A DNA stretch of 64,000 bases, taken from Eledone cirrhosa (Eukaryota). Each line of letters opens with the position of its first letter. The stretch's first letter is position 1. The stretch spans positions 325,128,001 through 325,192,000 of the forward strand of contig OZ024742.1 in NCBI GenBank assembly GCA_964016885.1. Direction: 5' to 3'. Shown here piece after piece: positions 60,937 to 64,000 of this stretch. The notes below the pieces were generated by a model, which worked only from the letters and a program-made list of their open reading frames with translations, did not search any database and was not told the DNA's origin. The position numbers and the translations under genes are program-made.

Positions 60937-60943
<7 letters not shown>

Positions 60944-61218
60944 TTAAACGTAAGATGACGTATGCATATATGTAAAATAAACACATCAAATAGTAACAGG
61001 GGATAATCCGTGAAGAGTGTAAACATACATAGTTACGGAGGTAACATATTAAAAATCAACAAGAACCTAGAATATATATACCTTTCAATTAGATTCTTGT
61101 TAATTTGTAATATCTTACTTCCGTAACTATGTATGTTTACACACCTCACGAATTACCTCCTGTTACTATTTGATGTCTTTATTTTACATACATGCGTCAT
61201 CTTACTTTTAATTTAATA
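60937..61218. repeat. ~280-bp imperfect hairpin next to (TA)n
   Basis: Arms of ~130 bp, for example gtgtaaacatacatagttacgga / tccgtaactatgtatgtttacac and catcaaatagtaacagg / cctgttactatttgatg. Confidence 0.9.
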
Positions 61219-61418
61219 TAAATGCTCGGATTTACTACCTGCAATCTTAGAGCTTATCTCCACAGGTGATATGGCGCATGATTCTGATATTCTCAGACAT
61301 GACATTCTTAATCTAATTTTATATATCATCCTCATCATCATCTTCGTTTAACATTCATCTTCCACGCTAGCATGGGTTAGACGTATATATATTTATATAC
61401 GTATGTATATGTATGTAT

Positions 61419-61560
<142 letters not shown>

Positions 61561-62249
61561 ATTTATGAGAGATTTCTAGATATATCCTTTGGTTAAAACA
61601 TAGAAATAGCTGGACAAGACACTGGACTGCAACTGCTTTAGTTGCATTCAAATACTATAGAATGTTTGACTGCTCACATTTTATTCAGGCAGAGAAACCA
61701 GTCTAAAACTAGCTATGAAAAATTGAATAGGCACCAGTCATTTAGTAGATTCATTCAGGCGATGCATTGTGTTCATGAGCAAGACACTTCATTTCAGGAT
61801 GCTCTATTTCACTCAGAATGAGGTGCGACGTCACTGGTGCCAAACTATATCTATCAATATATATATCTATATATATATATATAGTATAAAAAAACGAAAA
61901 ATCAGTGATGCATCTACACTCAGTTTATTGCGTGTTACAATTGTTTCGCCGGCAGGTGGCTCGAGACATGATCACTGTATGGATCTGGCTGATTCTACGA
62001 CTGCAGGTTCCTTCAGACACATGGAATTCTTTCGGAGCAAATTTTCTCACTGGGGTCCTGTCATCAAAAAACAACTTCAAAAAACATCTTCCACTCTTGT
62101 CATGCCATTGGCTGTTGTTTTTCTACGTCACCCTAAATTCTGGTCACTATTTACTGCTACACTGGTCATCAGCCATTTTCCGTCTGACACACTTCAATGG
62201 AGCCATGCTGGGTTTGGTATCTCACACGTCTGTCCACGCTCCCGAGTAT

Positions 62250-63331
62250 GTACCTACATATACATACACACACAAATACACACACATACACACATACACA
62301 GGCACACCCACATGCATGCATACACATATGTACGCACACATGTGTAGACACGCATACCCCCATACACATATATACACATACACACTCTCCCTCTCTTACA
62401 CATACCCAAGTACATCCATGCCCATATATAGACCACCACCTATTGGCGCCTGTCTATACAGCCCCTTACATCCGGTCCCACACGCACGCACACGCGCACA
62501 CAAGCGCAGAGACACAGACACACACATACATAGACACATACCGGCGTTCGGGCACATCTGCACATATATACACAGACACTCTCAGACACATACATAGACA
62601 CACACACGCACATACACGCATATCCTTATGGATAGGCATCACAGACAGACACAATTCCAAATACATAAGCCGACATACACACACAGACACAGACCTGTAT
62701 ATGTATCTACACACAAGTCCATGTACCCGCATATAAACATATAGACAAACCCTGTCCTATGTGGGTGTACGTACGCCCCCCCCCCCCACACGCCCACTGA
62801 CAGATACACACACCATGTATATATGTGTGTGTACATAGACACACACACATACCCACGCATACAGACACACACACATTCACAATACATATATATACACATA
62901 TATATACACACATACACATACATACTTATACACACATATGTCCATATGTGTACACACACACACACACACATACATACACATAGACACACACATATACCTA
63001 CGCATATCCATATATACACATACATATATATACATACACATGCATACATATATACACATACATACACATAAATAGATACACACACACATACACACACCTA
63101 TATATAAAACTCTACATGCATACACATACCCACATACACATATACACATATATATACATACATATATATACATACGCACACGGACAAACACATGCACATA
63201 TGCATATATGCATATATGCTTACACACACATGCTTACATATACATATATAAACAAAACCGTTAAATAAATATATAATATACAATACAAATACAATATACA
63301 ATAAAATAACAATATAGTATACAATATAATA

Positions 63332-63375
<44 letters not shown>
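62250..63375. repeat. Degenerate (CA)n/(TA)n low-complexity tract
   Basis: Direct inspection. Source of the HTHT/CVCV ORFs. Confidence 0.9.
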
Positions 63376-63382
<7 letters not shown>

Positions 63383-64000
63383 CATGAATGAAGGTTCTGT
63401 TCAAATCATTTATTCGCTTACAATTTTTCAATGATTGTTTACATACTTGACCTCCTTTTCAACACAAGAGACATACAGAAACATATGAATATATTGATGC
63501 AGAGTGGGTTGATATCCATTATAATATTTAAGCATGGCAGTTTACATTTAAAGATTAAAGTCATATTAAAAGAAAATTACAACAAAATTATAGTTATAAT
63601 ACAACATTTGCAGTTTATGAAGATGATGCAGCAGGATAGTTAAAAGTAGTTAGTTACACGTTGGACATGCACGTGTGTCCTATTTATATAAGATTATAGT
63701 GCGGTAAGGTGTTATATGGAATATAAGCACTTTAAGCGGGCAATCAAGTGTATTATGGGGGTTGTATAGTATTTTATATGTATGATACAGAAGCTTGTGT
63801 GCAGAGAAATATTTAAAATATTAAGAATGAGAAGTATAACAGTGTTATGGTTTTCGTATACACCACCATTTTCACAATCCAGGAAACGTAATATATAGAT
63901 TATATGTCCTTCACATAATCTACGATGATTCAATATTGGATGCTTGATGAATTAGGTTGGAATATTACAGCTTGATGTTCTTTAATCCAATATTATATAG

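Overview
Eukaryotic, AT-rich, microsatellite-saturated DNA with no host gene I can recognise. The SINE families resemble those I recall from octopod cephalopods (inference, not a database result). Main contents: (i) an apparently intact two-ORF L1/Tx1-type non-LTR retrotransposon (8.4-14.1 kb) plus two truncated relatives, all inserted in (TATC)n tracts; (ii) a near-intact Penelope-like element (PLE; RT + GIY-YIG, Hydra-clade-like) at 21.5-25.3 kb with a single in-frame TGA; (iii) a decayed RTE/BovB LINE ending in three C2H2 fingers, plus older RTE and DNA-transposon fossils; (iv) about 10 tRNA-derived SINE copies; (v) a ~10.5 kb array of a 67-bp monomer with two higher-order block duplications. 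The most striking hidden layer, invisible in the ORF track, is more than a dozen type I hammerhead ribozyme motifs from many different PLE pseudo-LTR families. They sit in short islands between (TA)n tracts, often in fold-back (inverted) pairs, and three unrelated families share a U4C core variant. All ribozyme calls are by-eye motif reads, not covariance-model results.
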